From NCBI GenBank assembly GCA_041649575.1, contig JBAZMW010000001.1, positions 150,001 to 182,000 on the forward strand: 32,000 nucleotides of DNA, written 5' to 3'. Position numbers and translations under genes: made by a program. The notes under the pieces were generated by a model that was given only the letters and a program-made list of their open reading frames with translations, had not been told where the DNA came from and searched no databases. The stretch comes from Patescibacteria group bacterium. Its GTDB lineage: Bacteria; Patescibacteriota; Patescibacteriia; 2-01-FULL-39-33. Below, one piece after another: positions 22,895 to 30,888 of this stretch; position 1 is the first letter of the stretch, and the number at the start of each line of letters is the position of its first letter.

Positions 22895-23866
22895 ATGGAC
22901 ACTTTAAATAAATTAAAGGCGGTGGTTTCTGGTTCCATAAAGGAGCGGGAAATTTTGGCGCCTTATACCACTTTCAATATTGGCGGCGCGGCCAGCTATT
23001 TTTATTTGGTTAATAATTCGGACGAGATGATTAAATTGGTGGCAGTGGCCGAAAAGAAAAAATTATCTTATCTTATTCTGGGCGGCGGCAGTAATCTGTT
23101 GATCAGCGACCAGGGCTTTCAGGGTTTGGTCATAAAAAATAATTGCGCCAAAATCAGAATAAAGAATGATTTAGTGGAAGCGGAAGCCGGGGTCTTGCTT
23201 TCCAAGCTGCTGGGTGAAACGATGGCTGGCGCCTTGCTGGGACTCGAGTGGGCGACGGGGATTCCGGGCACGGTGGGCGGCGCTGTTTGTAATAACGCCG
23301 GCGCCTATGGCGGGCAGATGAGCGACAATATTATTGGCGTTAAAATCATAAGAAACGGCAAAATAAAAGAATTGACAAACAAAAAATGCCAATTCGCTTA
23401 TCGAGAAAGTATTTTTAAAAAGCAAGAAAAGCGTGATGTCATTTTGTCGGTAGTCTTGAAGTTGAAAAAGGGGAGCGCTGTCCAGCTAATGAAGGCCAGA
23501 GAAAACATCAAACTAATAAACAAAAAGCGGGGCAAAAAATTCAGTAGCGCTTCAGCCGGCAGTGTTTTTAAGAATATTTTTTTGGCCGAAAAGGAAATAA
23601 TCGATTTTAAAAATAAATTTTCGCAACTGCCGGAAGAGTTTATGGAAAGTAGAAAAATACCAGCTGCCTGGCTGATCGATCAGTGCGGTTTGAAAGGCAG
23701 GGCTATTGGCGGCGCTAAAGTTTCAGAGGAGCATGCCGGTATAATTATAAATACCGGAACAGCTACCGCGGAAAACGTCATTATGTTAATTAGTGTCATC
23801 AAACAAAAAGTGAGAAGCAAGTTTAATTTGCAGTTGATGGAAGAGGTGGAGTACGTGGGTTTTTAG
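22895..23866 (+). CDS. murB: UDP-N-acetylenolpyruvoylglucosamine reductase
   Basis: The ORF is 323 aa. The FAD-binding start (LAPYTTFNIGGAA, ILGGGSNLL) and the C-terminal GSVFKN and AAWLID.CGLKG blocks are typical of MurB. Confidence 0.9.
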   Translation: MDTLNKLKAVVSGSIKEREILAPYTTFNIGGAASYFYLVNNSDEMIKLVAVAEKKKLSYLILGGGSNLLISDQGFQGLVIKNNCAKIRIKNDLVEAEAGVLLSKLLGETMAGALLGLEWATGIPGTVGGAVCNNAGAYGGQMSDNIIGVKIIRNGKIKELTNKKCQFAYRESIFKKQEKRDVILSVVLKLKKGSAVQLMKARENIKLINKKRGKKFSSASAGSVFKNIFLAEKEIIDFKNKFSQLPEEFMESRKIPAAWLIDQCGLKGRAIGGAKVSEEHAGIIINTGTATAENVIMLISVIKQKVRSKFNLQLMEEVEYVGF

Positions 23867-23961
23867 TTGTCATCGCGAGGGAGCGTAAGCGACCGTCCGC
23901 CTAGGTTTAGCGAGATAGGTGGCAATCTCGCGGGATTGCTTCGCTAAGCTCGCAATGACAA
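23867..23961. repeat. Structured palindromic intergenic element of 95 nt between murB and hpf
   Basis: The outer inverted repeat is ttgtcatcgcgag (23867-23879) with ctcgcaatgacaa (23949-23961), 12 of 13 positions complementary. The inner hairpin is gcgagat-aggtggca-atctcgc. The element is GC-richer than its flanks and starts on the base after the murB stop. Confidence 0.6.
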
Positions 23962-23981
23962 TTAGTAATTAACCAAAAAAC

Positions 23982-24287
23982 ATGCAAATCAACATCAAAG
24001 CGACCAAGGCGCAGCTCACGCCCCAGGCCCATGATATTATCAATGAAAAAATCGAGAGCCTGGCTAAATACTGCGACTGTATTATCAAAGCGGACGTAGA
24101 AGTGGGATTGACCAGCCTGCATCACAACAAAGGCGATATTTATCGGGCAGAGGTAAATTTGGAGGTGCCGGGAAAAGTTTTGCGCGCCGAAGCCGAGACC
24201 GAAAATATAACCAAATCAATGAACGAGGTGAGAGATAAATTAAAAATGGAATTAGTGAAGTACAAGGAAAAAATCAGAGAAAAATAA
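23982..24287 (+). CDS. hpf: Ribosome hibernation promoting factor / RaiA family (short form)
   Basis: The ORF is 101 aa. The pattern MQINIKATKAQLTPQAHDIINEKIESLAKY...YRAEVNLEVPGKVLRAEAE...M..VRDKL matches the S30EA / sigma-54 modulation protein family. Confidence 0.85.
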   Translation: MQINIKATKAQLTPQAHDIINEKIESLAKYCDCIIKADVEVGLTSLHHNKGDIYRAEVNLEVPGKVLRAEAETENITKSMNEVRDKLKMELVKYKEKIREK

Positions 24288-24298
24288 ATAAAAAAATG

Positions 24299-24335
24299 AA
24301 CTACCCCAGTTCTGATAAGAATTAGGGTAGTTTTA
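24299..24335 (+). terminator. Candidate terminator after hpf
   Basis: The stem aactaccc (24299-24306) pairs with gggtagtt (24325-24332) across an 18-nt loop and is followed by ttat. The large loop lowers my confidence. Confidence 0.4.
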
Positions 24336-24439
24336 TGAATCCAGAAATATTTTAATAGTTTGGACAGGTGGGGCAGCTTTTATTTGCCTTATCTTGACTT
24401 TTTTGTTAAAATAATGGCGTTATTATTTATTTTTATCAA

Positions 24440-27160
24440 ATGTCAATATTTTCTAAAATTTTCGGAGATCCCAATAAAAAAGTAGTTGTAGAAATGCAGG
24501 CAGTTATTGAGGAAATCAATAAGCTGGAAGCGCAACTGGAAAAACTGTCTGACGAGGAATTAAAGGGACAAACTCAAAAACTGAAAGAACAATTGACGCA
24601 AGGCAAGTCTTTGGACGATATCTTGCCCGAGGCTTTTGCCACGGTGCGGGAAGCGGCTAAACGCACCATCGGTCAGCGGCATTTTGACGTACAGCTTATC
24701 GGTGGCATTGTTTTGCATCGCGGACAAATCGCAGAAATGAAAACCGGCGAAGGTAAAACTTTGGTCGCCACCGGCCCGATGTATTTAAACGCCTTGGCGG
24801 GCAAGGGAGCGCATCTGGTGACCGTTAATGACTATTTGGCGCGCATTCACGCCGACTGGATGGGTAAAATTTATGATTTTTTGGGGTTGACCGTCGGCTG
24901 CATCCAACAGCAAAACACTTCCTATAAATTTGACGCCAAGTATGAGCGCCAGGAGGGTGACCCGATTTTGGACGTGCAAAATTTAGTGCCTTGCACCCGC
25001 CGGGAAGCGTATGCCTGCGATGTTTTGTATGGCACTAACAACGAATTCGGCTTTGATTATCTGCGCGACAATATGGTGCAGTCGCTGGAGGAAATGGTTC
25101 AGCGCGAAATTCACTTTGCTATTGTCGACGAGGTAGACTCGATTCTGATCGACGAAGCGCGGACGCCGCTCATCATCTCGGCGCCGGACATGGAGTCGAC
25201 CGACAAGTATTATCAGTTTGCGCAAATTGTCAGCAAGCTGGAGGCGGAAACGGATTATAATATTGATGAAAAAATGCGCGCGGCGACTTTGACCGAAGAC
25301 GGTTTGTCTAAGGTAGAAAAAATACTGGGTGTGGAAAACATTTATACCGACAGAGGTATCAGCGAAGTGCACCATGTCGAACAGGCGCTCAAGGCCCGGG
25401 CGTTATTTAAGAAAGATCGGGATTACGTGGTCAAGGACGGCGAGATAATCATTATTGACGAATTTACCGGCCGGATGATGTTTGGCCGGCGTTATAGCGA
25501 AGGCTTGCACCAGGCCATCGAGGCCAAAGAAAACGTCAAAGTGCAGAGAGAGAGCCAGACTTTGGCCACCATTTCTTTTCAAAATTATTTCAGGTTGTAT
25601 CAGAAGCTCTCTGGTATGACCGGAACGGCGGCGACTGAAGCCGAAGAATTTTCCAAGATTTATAATTTGGAGGTGGTAGCGATTCCCACCAACAAAGCCA
25701 TGATCAGGCGCGACTTAAGCGACCGGATTTATAAGAATGAAGCTGGCAAATTTAAATCGCTGGTTAAGGAGGTTAAGCAGCGTCATGAACAAGGGCAGCC
25801 AGTATTAATCGGCACCATCTCTATTGAAAAAAATGAACTATTGGCAGAGCTGTTGGCGCGAGAAGGATTGGAATACCAAATTCTTAATGCCAAACACCAC
25901 GAAAAAGAAGCCCATATTATCGCGCAGGCCGGTAAATTCGGCGCGATCACAGTGGCAACCAATATGGCCGGCCGTGGCGTGGATATTATTTTGGGCGGTT
26001 ATCCGTTCAATCAAGAGGAATACGAGAAGGTAGTGAAAAGCGGCGGCCTGTGTGTCCTGGGCACCGAGCGGCACGAATCGCGCCGCATTGACAACCAGTT
26101 GCGCGGCCGCAGCGGCCGGCAGGGTGATCCGGGTGAATCGCGATTTTTTATTTCTCTCGATGACGACTTGATGCGAATCTTCGGCTCTACCAATATGAAA
26201 TCGATCATGGAACGACTGGGTTTGCCCGAGGATATGCCTATAGAAAACAAAACCATCTCCAAATTAATCGAACAGGCGCAGAAAAAAGTGGAGGGTAATA
26301 ATTTTGATATCCGCAAGCACTTGGTGGAGTACGACGATGTGATGAACAAGCAAAGAGAAACTATTTATCGCAAACGGCGCGAGATTCTCAATAACATTGA
26401 TACCAAAGAAAATGTCTTAAACGCTCTAACCAAAGAAATTCAAACGGTGGTCGACTTTCATACCCAGAATCCGGCCGAAGAAGAATGGAATACCAAGGAG
26501 ATTTACGAGACTGTCAATACAATTTTTCCTGTCAAAAATGAAATGCGGCTGTCTTTGGAACAGTTGAGGCTGGAGGCAGGGGACGATCAGCAGGATAAGA
26601 TTTCTCGTGATAAAATTTTTGGCTATCTGAAAAAATTGGTAATCGATACCTACAATAATTTGGAAGAAAAAATTAATCAGTTGCCCAACCCTTTGCCGGA
26701 AGTTTTGCCCATGCGGCAGGTTGAAAGGGGCATGCTGCTAAGAGTAATCGACACTTTTTGGGTGGAGCATTTGGAGACGATGCAATATTTGCGTACCGGC
26801 ATCGGACTACGCGGTTATGGCCAAAGGGATCCGCTGGTAGAGTACAAGCGGGAGGCGCTTAGAATGTTTAAAGAATTATTGGCCAATATCGATAAGCAAA
26901 TAGCTTACAGTATTTTCAAAGTCGGTTTTATCACTCCCAGTGAAATCGCAGTCGAGAAGCAGCCGAAGAATTTGCAATTTTCGGCTCCCAGTAAGGAATC
27001 GTCTTTTCATTCGCCAATGGAAGCCGATGAGGGGCTGGAAGAAAGAAAAGCCGATAAAATTATCAAAGACAGCAGTCATTATGACGGGCAAAAAGTTGGC
27101 CGCAACGATCCATGCCCTTGTGGTAGTGGCAAGAAGTTTAAGAATTGTCATGGGAAGTAA
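24440..27160 (+). CDS. secA: Preprotein translocase ATPase SecA
   Basis: The ORF is 906 aa. It has the DEAD-like motor motifs (MKTGEGKTLV, VDEVDSILIDEARTPLIIS, TNMAGRGVDI, GRSGRQGDPG) and the C-terminal zinc-binding tail CPCGSGKKFKNCHG. Confidence 0.95.
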   Translation: MSIFSKIFGDPNKKVVVEMQAVIEEINKLEAQLEKLSDEELKGQTQKLKEQLTQGKSLDDILPEAFATVREAAKRTIGQRHFDVQLIGGIVLHRGQIAEMKTGEGKTLVATGPMYLNALAGKGAHLVTVNDYLARIHADWMGKIYDFLGLTVGCIQQQNTSYKFDAKYERQEGDPILDVQNLVPCTRREAYACDVLYGTNNEFGFDYLRDNMVQSLEEMVQREIHFAIVDEVDSILIDEARTPLIISAPDMESTDKYYQFAQIVSKLEAETDYNIDEKMRAATLTEDGLSKVEKILGVENIYTDRGISEVHHVEQALKARALFKKDRDYVVKDGEIIIIDEFTGRMMFGRRYSEGLHQAIEAKENVKVQRESQTLATISFQNYFRLYQKLSGMTGTAATEAEEFSKIYNLEVVAIPTNKAMIRRDLSDRIYKNEAGKFKSLVKEVKQRHEQGQPVLIGTISIEKNELLAELLAREGLEYQILNAKHHEKEAHIIAQAGKFGAITVATNMAGRGVDIILGGYPFNQEEYEKVVKSGGLCVLGTERHESRRIDNQLRGRSGRQGDPGESRFFISLDDDLMRIFGSTNMKSIMERLGLPEDMPIENKTISKLIEQAQKKVEGNNFDIRKHLVEYDDVMNKQRETIYRKRREILNNIDTKENVLNALTKEIQTVVDFHTQNPAEEEWNTKEIYETVNTIFPVKNEMRLSLEQLRLEAGDDQQDKISRDKIFGYLKKLVIDTYNNLEEKINQLPNPLPEVLPMRQVERGMLLRVIDTFWVEHLETMQYLRTGIGLRGYGQRDPLVEYKREALRMFKELLANIDKQIAYSIFKVGFITPSEIAVEKQPKNLQFSAPSKESSFHSPMEADEGLEERKADKIIKDSSHYDGQKVGRNDPCPCGSGKKFKNCHGK

Positions 27161-27172
27161 TCGGGACGGTCA

Positions 27173-27194
27173 CTTTTTTCCTAGGAGAAAAAAG
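27173..27194. terminator. CTAG-centred T-arm/A-arm imperfect palindrome after secA
   Basis: The sequence is cttttttcCTAGgagaaaaaag, 13 nt past the secA stop. It has the same style as the palindrome after mraY. Confidence 0.4.
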
Positions 27195-27234
27195 CTGACT
27201 AAAAAGAAATAGCTCGCATTATATAATTAGATAT

Positions 27235-27666
27235 ATGGATCACGTTGCTATAATGAATAAGTCGTGGAAGCTGATCCCGAAAATTTTATCAGGAGAGAAA
27301 ACCATCGAATCTCGTTGGTATCAGACAAAGCGCTCGCCTTGGGGAAAAATAATGGCTGGCCAGACTGTTTATTTTAAAAATTCTGGTGAGCCTGTTATTG
27401 CTAAGGCTATAGTCTCTGAGGCGATGCAGTTTGAAATTAATAGCATTGATGATGCAAGGGATATTGTAAGCAAATACGGCCAAGAAATATGCCTGGTCGA
27501 TAATAATCCAGCCCGATGGAGAAGGCTGGCTAAGTATTGCATTCTCATTCGTTTGAAAAATCCTGAAAGGTTAGCCACGCCATTTCAAATTGATAAAAAA
27601 GGATTTGGGAGCGGTGCGGCCTGGATTATAGTAGAAAGTATAGAAAAGATCAAAATAAAAGAGTAA
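27235..27666 (+). CDS. ASCH-domain protein
   Basis: The ORF is 143 aa. The N-terminal block KILSGEKTIESRW fits the ASCH beta-barrel signature as I recall it. Confidence 0.55.
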   Translation: MDHVAIMNKSWKLIPKILSGEKTIESRWYQTKRSPWGKIMAGQTVYFKNSGEPVIAKAIVSEAMQFEINSIDDARDIVSKYGQEICLVDNNPARWRRLAKYCILIRLKNPERLATPFQIDKKGFGSGAAWIIVESIEKIKIKE

Positions 27667-27678
27667 TTTTTATTTAGT

Positions 27679-27936
27679 ATGGATATCCTGGAAGAACGAA
27701 TAAAAAAGATTGAAGAGAGAAATCTCAAAGTAGAGGTAGACAAAGCCTGGGAAACCAGCTGGACCAGGAGGCTTTGCGTTGCTATTTTTACTTATCTGGC
27801 TATCAGTTTGTATATGTTGGCGGTTGATATAGACCGGCCCTGGCTTAATGCTATTGTGCCCACGGTTGGTTTTATGATTTCTACACTCGCCATACAGCCT
27901 ATAAAAAATATTTGGATTAAAATTAATAAAAAATAA
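27679..27936 (+). CDS. Small membrane protein, function unknown
   Basis: The ORF is 85 aa with a charged N-terminal helix and two hydrophobic segments (LCVAIFTYLAISLYMLAV, IVPTVGFMISTLAI). Confidence 0.5.
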   Translation: MDILEERIKKIEERNLKVEVDKAWETSWTRRLCVAIFTYLAISLYMLAVDIDRPWLNAIVPTVGFMISTLAIQPIKNIWIKINKK

Positions 27937-27946
27937 CAAGAATTAT

Positions 27947-28426
27947 ATGGAAGGCAAAATAAAAAAGCCACTAACTTTATGCTTAGTGCATCAGGAGAAT
28001 AAAATTCTCTTAGGTATGAAAAAAAGAGGATTTGGCGCTGGCAGATGGAATGGCTTCGGCGGAAAATTACAAGAAGAAGAAAGCATCGAAGCAGCGGCTA
28101 AAAGAGAAATGCTAGAAGAAGCAGGACTGGATGTGAGGGATTTAGAATTAGTGGGTATTATGGAATTTGACGCCCCGCATTTTGAAAAAATTCTAGAGGT
28201 CCATGTTTTTCGAGCGGGTGATTTTGAGGGTGAGCCAATAGAATCCGAAGAGATGTTGCCCCAGTGGTTTGAAACAAATCAATTGCCGTTTGACTCAATG
28301 TGGCCAGACGATATACACTGGATGCCGCTTTTTTTGGCTGGCAAAAAATGGCGCGGTAGATTCTTTTTTGATGAAAAAACCAACGAAATTGTGGAAATGG
28401 AGATATCAGAAGTTGACTCTTTGTAG
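27947..28426 (+). CDS. NUDIX hydrolase, MTH1/NUDT1-like (probable oxidised purine NTP pyrophosphatase)
   Basis: The ORF is 159 aa. The NUDIX box GGKLQEEESIEAAAKREMLEEAGL is preceded by RWNGFGG, which closely resembles the MTH1 motif RWNGFGGKVQEGE...RELQEESGL. Confidence 0.8.
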   Translation: MEGKIKKPLTLCLVHQENKILLGMKKRGFGAGRWNGFGGKLQEEESIEAAAKREMLEEAGLDVRDLELVGIMEFDAPHFEKILEVHVFRAGDFEGEPIESEEMLPQWFETNQLPFDSMWPDDIHWMPLFLAGKKWRGRFFFDEKTNEIVEMEISEVDSL

Positions 28427-28428
28427 CT

Positions 28429-28457
28429 TTGACAAAAAGCAGCTGTCATAATACAAT
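28429..28457 (+). promoter_or_regulatory. Sigma70-type promoter of cassette E
   Basis: TTGACA (28429-28434), N17, TACAAT (28452-28457). It begins 3 nt after the NUDIX stop codon. AAGGAGG (28489-28495) lies 8 nt upstream of the ATG at 28504. Confidence 0.6.
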
Positions 28458-28503
28458 GTCATTTTAGGAGCGTGGTACTTTCAACAACAAGGAGGATCTG
28501 GCC

Positions 28504-28872
28504 ATGTTACTGGACTGCGGGGCTTATCTCGAATTACCGGGCAATCTTCAGCGTGAGCTGGCTAGGCCACTGGCCGAGCTCAATCAGGAGCTCGGAAATC
28601 TCTGGCAGCGAGTAGGCGCCCTGGAAGAAGGACAAGGGGACTACCGAGCACTCGCCCAGGAAGTCTTTGAACAGCTTCTGGCCGAGGTCAAGATGTGGGT
28701 CAGAGGCATCGCCGCGCGGGAAGTATTGGACAGCGGCAGGCAGGCCGAACTTGCCAGGGCAGCCCGCAACTTCCAACTGCGGGTGATCGAGGCGGTTTAT
28801 ACTCTGGGGATAGAGTTTTCCTCTACCGTGCTGGTGGAAGAACCATCGGCGGCAGCAGCGGTTGTCGGCTGA
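28504..28872 (+). CDS. High-GC cassette E: small, predicted all-helical cytoplasmic protein, function unknown
   Basis: The ORF is 122 aa with a strong SD and about 63% GC in a hand-counted line. The sequence is Leu/Glu/Ala/Arg-rich and heptad-like, with no signal peptide. I recognise no family. Confidence 0.6.
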   Translation: MLLDCGAYLELPGNLQRELARPLAELNQELGNLWQRVGALEEGQGDYRALAQEVFEQLLAEVKMWVRGIAAREVLDSGRQAELARAARNFQLRVIEAVYTLGIEFSSTVLVEEPSAAAAVVG

Positions 28873-28903
28873 AAAGGTTTCGCCTTGAAGTTCTGGTGGC
28901 ACA

Positions 28904-28946
28904 AGAGCTGCTCCAACGGCTTGGAGCAGCTTTTTCTTTTGTTTTT
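28904..28946 (+). terminator. GC-rich intrinsic terminator of cassette E
   Basis: GCTGCTCCAA-cggc-TTGGAGCAGC (28907-28930), followed by tttttcttttgttttt. Confidence 0.75.
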
Positions 28947-28991
28947 AAAATGTTAAAATTTATCTACCTTGAATTTAAATAATCAAAAAAC

Positions 28992-29852
28992 ATGCCAGAA
29001 TTGCCGGAAGTGCAGACCGTCGTATCTGAACTGCAAAAAAAGATAAAGAATAAAAAGATAAAGGAAGTGCGGGTAAGGGCTGCTAAGGTAGCTTTGCCTA
29101 GCGTTAAAATTCTAATAGCCAAACTAAAGAACAAAAAGATTCATGGCGTTTCTCGCCGCGGCAAGATGATTATTATTGATTTGGGCGGTGATCACAATAT
29201 TTTAATTCATCTGAAGATGACCGGTCAGCTGGTTTATGTGTCTAAGTCTGGTAAAAAGGTTTCGGGTGGCCATCCAATTGGCAACGTTGGAATTTTGCCT
29301 AATAAATTTTCTCACGTGATTATAAAATTTACTGACGGTTCGGTTCTGTATTTCAACGATATACGTAAGTTCGGCTGGGTTAAATATGTTGATAATGCCA
29401 GACGGGATTTGGCCAAACAAAAATACGGCATTGAGCCGTTTGACAAGGAATACAAAATTGATTGGCTTGGGTCGCTCTTGAAAAGATATAAAAATAAAAA
29501 GATTAAGCAACTATTAATGGATCAAGAAAAAATCGCTGGTATTGGCAATATTTACGCCGATGAGTCGTTGTTTGCGGCCGGCGTTTTGCCCACCAGAACC
29601 AGCGGTAGCTTGAAAAAAGCGGAAATTAGTAAATTATTTGAGGCAATTCCTAAAATTTTGAAATTAGCAATCACCAAGGGCGGTACCTCGGCCGACAATT
29701 ACGTGCGCACCGACGGCACCCAAGGCGGTATGATGAAATATTTGAAAGTTTATGGCCGAAAAGGAAAAAAATGCCGGCGTTGCGGCGGCAGAGTTAAAAA
29801 AATAAAACTGGGCGGCCGTGGCACGCATTTTTGCCCAGCTTGTCAAAAATAA
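28992..29852 (+). CDS. mutM: Formamidopyrimidine-DNA glycosylase (Fpg/MutM)
   Basis: The ORF is 286 aa. It has the catalytic N-terminus MPELPEV, an H2TH region and the C-terminal zinc finger CRRCGG...GRGTHFCPACQK. Confidence 0.92.
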   Translation: MPELPEVQTVVSELQKKIKNKKIKEVRVRAAKVALPSVKILIAKLKNKKIHGVSRRGKMIIIDLGGDHNILIHLKMTGQLVYVSKSGKKVSGGHPIGNVGILPNKFSHVIIKFTDGSVLYFNDIRKFGWVKYVDNARRDLAKQKYGIEPFDKEYKIDWLGSLLKRYKNKKIKQLLMDQEKIAGIGNIYADESLFAAGVLPTRTSGSLKKAEISKLFEAIPKILKLAITKGGTSADNYVRTDGTQGGMMKYLKVYGRKGKKCRRCGGRVKKIKLGGRGTHFCPACQK

Positions 29853-29883
29853 GACAACTCTCTCCTTTGGTTCAAGGAGAGAG
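29845..29883 (-). terminator. Intrinsic terminator of cassette F, overlapping the mutM stop
   Basis: The hairpin is ctctctcctt-tggttc-aaggagagag (29858-29883). On the minus strand it is followed by ttgtcttattttt. No T-run follows it on the plus strand, so it is oriented for cassette F rather than mutM. Confidence 0.65.
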
Positions 29884-29919
29884 CATGTGTACGATTGTTC
29901 GCTTGGCGCCTCGGGCTGG

Positions 29920-30342
29920 CTAGGCGGCCGGTGTTTTAACAGTTCTTAATGCTTCTAGATGCGTCCGGCATTGCTCGGCGAGCTTCTGGGCGGTTTCATA
30001 CATTCTCATATCGGCCGCATGTTCCGCCTCATCTTCCTGTCTGGCTTGCGCGACCATTTCATCGGAGACTCTGGCTTTTGCTTCAGCGATTTTCTCCGCG
30101 TCGCCGGTCGTCAGTTCTTCTATCTCGCCCGCCAAAGTCCTGGGGTTGATATAAGCCAGTTGTGGCTTTGTCATGCCCTCAAGCTCTTTGATCAGGTCTT
30201 CCAGAAGAACCATTGAGACCCTGTCGATGATGGTTTCCGGGGTGTCTCCCTCTCGCAGGTTGATGTGGGCGTCACCGGGAGCGCCAACGCCCCCTACGCC
30301 CACATTAATTGAGCTGATTGTCCGCGCGCTGTCGTCTGGCAT
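29920..30342 (-). CDS. High-GC cassette F: small acidic, predicted helical protein, function unknown
   Basis: The ORF is 140 aa, with AAGGAGGG 6 nt upstream of the ATG at 30342. A Gly-rich N-terminal stretch (VGVGGVGAPGD) is followed by Glu/Ala-rich helices. There is no signal peptide and I recognise no family. Confidence 0.6.
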   Translation of the reverse strand: MPDDSARTISSINVGVGGVGAPGDAHINLREGDTPETIIDRVSMVLLEDLIKELEGMTKPQLAYINPRTLAGEIEELTTGDAEKIAEAKARVSDEMVAQARQEDEAEHAADMRMYETAQKLAEQCRTHLEALRTVKTPAA

Positions 30343-30372
30343 AAGTAACCCTCCTTTCCAAGGACTAGCTAT

Positions 30373-30401
30373 TTTATATCAGTTAACCGGCAAAAAAGCA
30401 A
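30373..30401 (-). promoter_or_regulatory. Candidate promoter of cassette F (weaker match)
   Basis: On the minus strand: TTGCTT (30396-30401), N17, TATAAA (30373-30378). It overlaps the T-tract of the upstream gene's terminator. Confidence 0.35.
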
Positions 30402-30425
30402 ACACCCTGATAAACGGGTGCTTGT
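30391..30425 (-). terminator. Intrinsic terminator of the divergent-PAP2 gene
   Basis: On the minus strand: CAAGCACCC-gtttatca-GGGTGTTTG, a 9-bp stem with one G-U pair, followed by cttttttg. The hairpin starts about 17 nt past the stop at 30440-30442. Confidence 0.6.
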
Positions 30426-30439
30426 TGGTTTGATGGAGA

Positions 30440-30874
30440 TTAAAGTATTATAAAAATCAAATAAAGCAAGATAGTCAGGCCGATGCCGATGCCCGTGCCG
30501 ATAATTACTTCCATTAAGCCGTGGCCAACCCGTTCTGGCAGATAGGTGATCGTCTTTTTGTTTTTGAAAATTTCTTTGGCCAGACGATTGGTGAGAGCGG
30601 CATTATCGCCGATTTCGCGGCGGAAACCGATAGCGTCCCGCACTACTATCACCCACAAGACAAAGGCAATGGCAAAGGCGGCGGAGTCAAATCTCTGGGT
30701 CAGGCCGACAACAGTAGCCAGAGAAGTGACAAAAGCCGCATGAGAAGAAGGCATGCCGCCGTAATCTCTGACCAGGTGTTGCCAAGTCAAATTATTTGGT
30801 ATACCATCAATAGAGAGTTTGATAATTTGAGTGGCGATACCCACTATAACGGGAATCAAGATTAACTCGAACAT
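30440..30874 (-). CDS. Divergent PAP2 / acid-phosphatase-vanadium-haloperoxidase-related membrane protein (DUF212-like)
   Basis: The ORF is 144 aa and polytopic. It carries the signature GGMPSSHAAFVTSLA. Confidence 0.75.
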   Translation of the reverse strand: MFELILIPVIVGIATQIIKLSIDGIPNNLTWQHLVRDYGGMPSSHAAFVTSLATVVGLTQRFDSAAFAIAFVLWVIVVRDAIGFRREIGDNAALTNRLAKEIFKNKKTITYLPERVGHGLMEVIIGTGIGIGLTILLYLIFIIL

Positions 30875-30888
30875 AGTTTTGATTTTTT

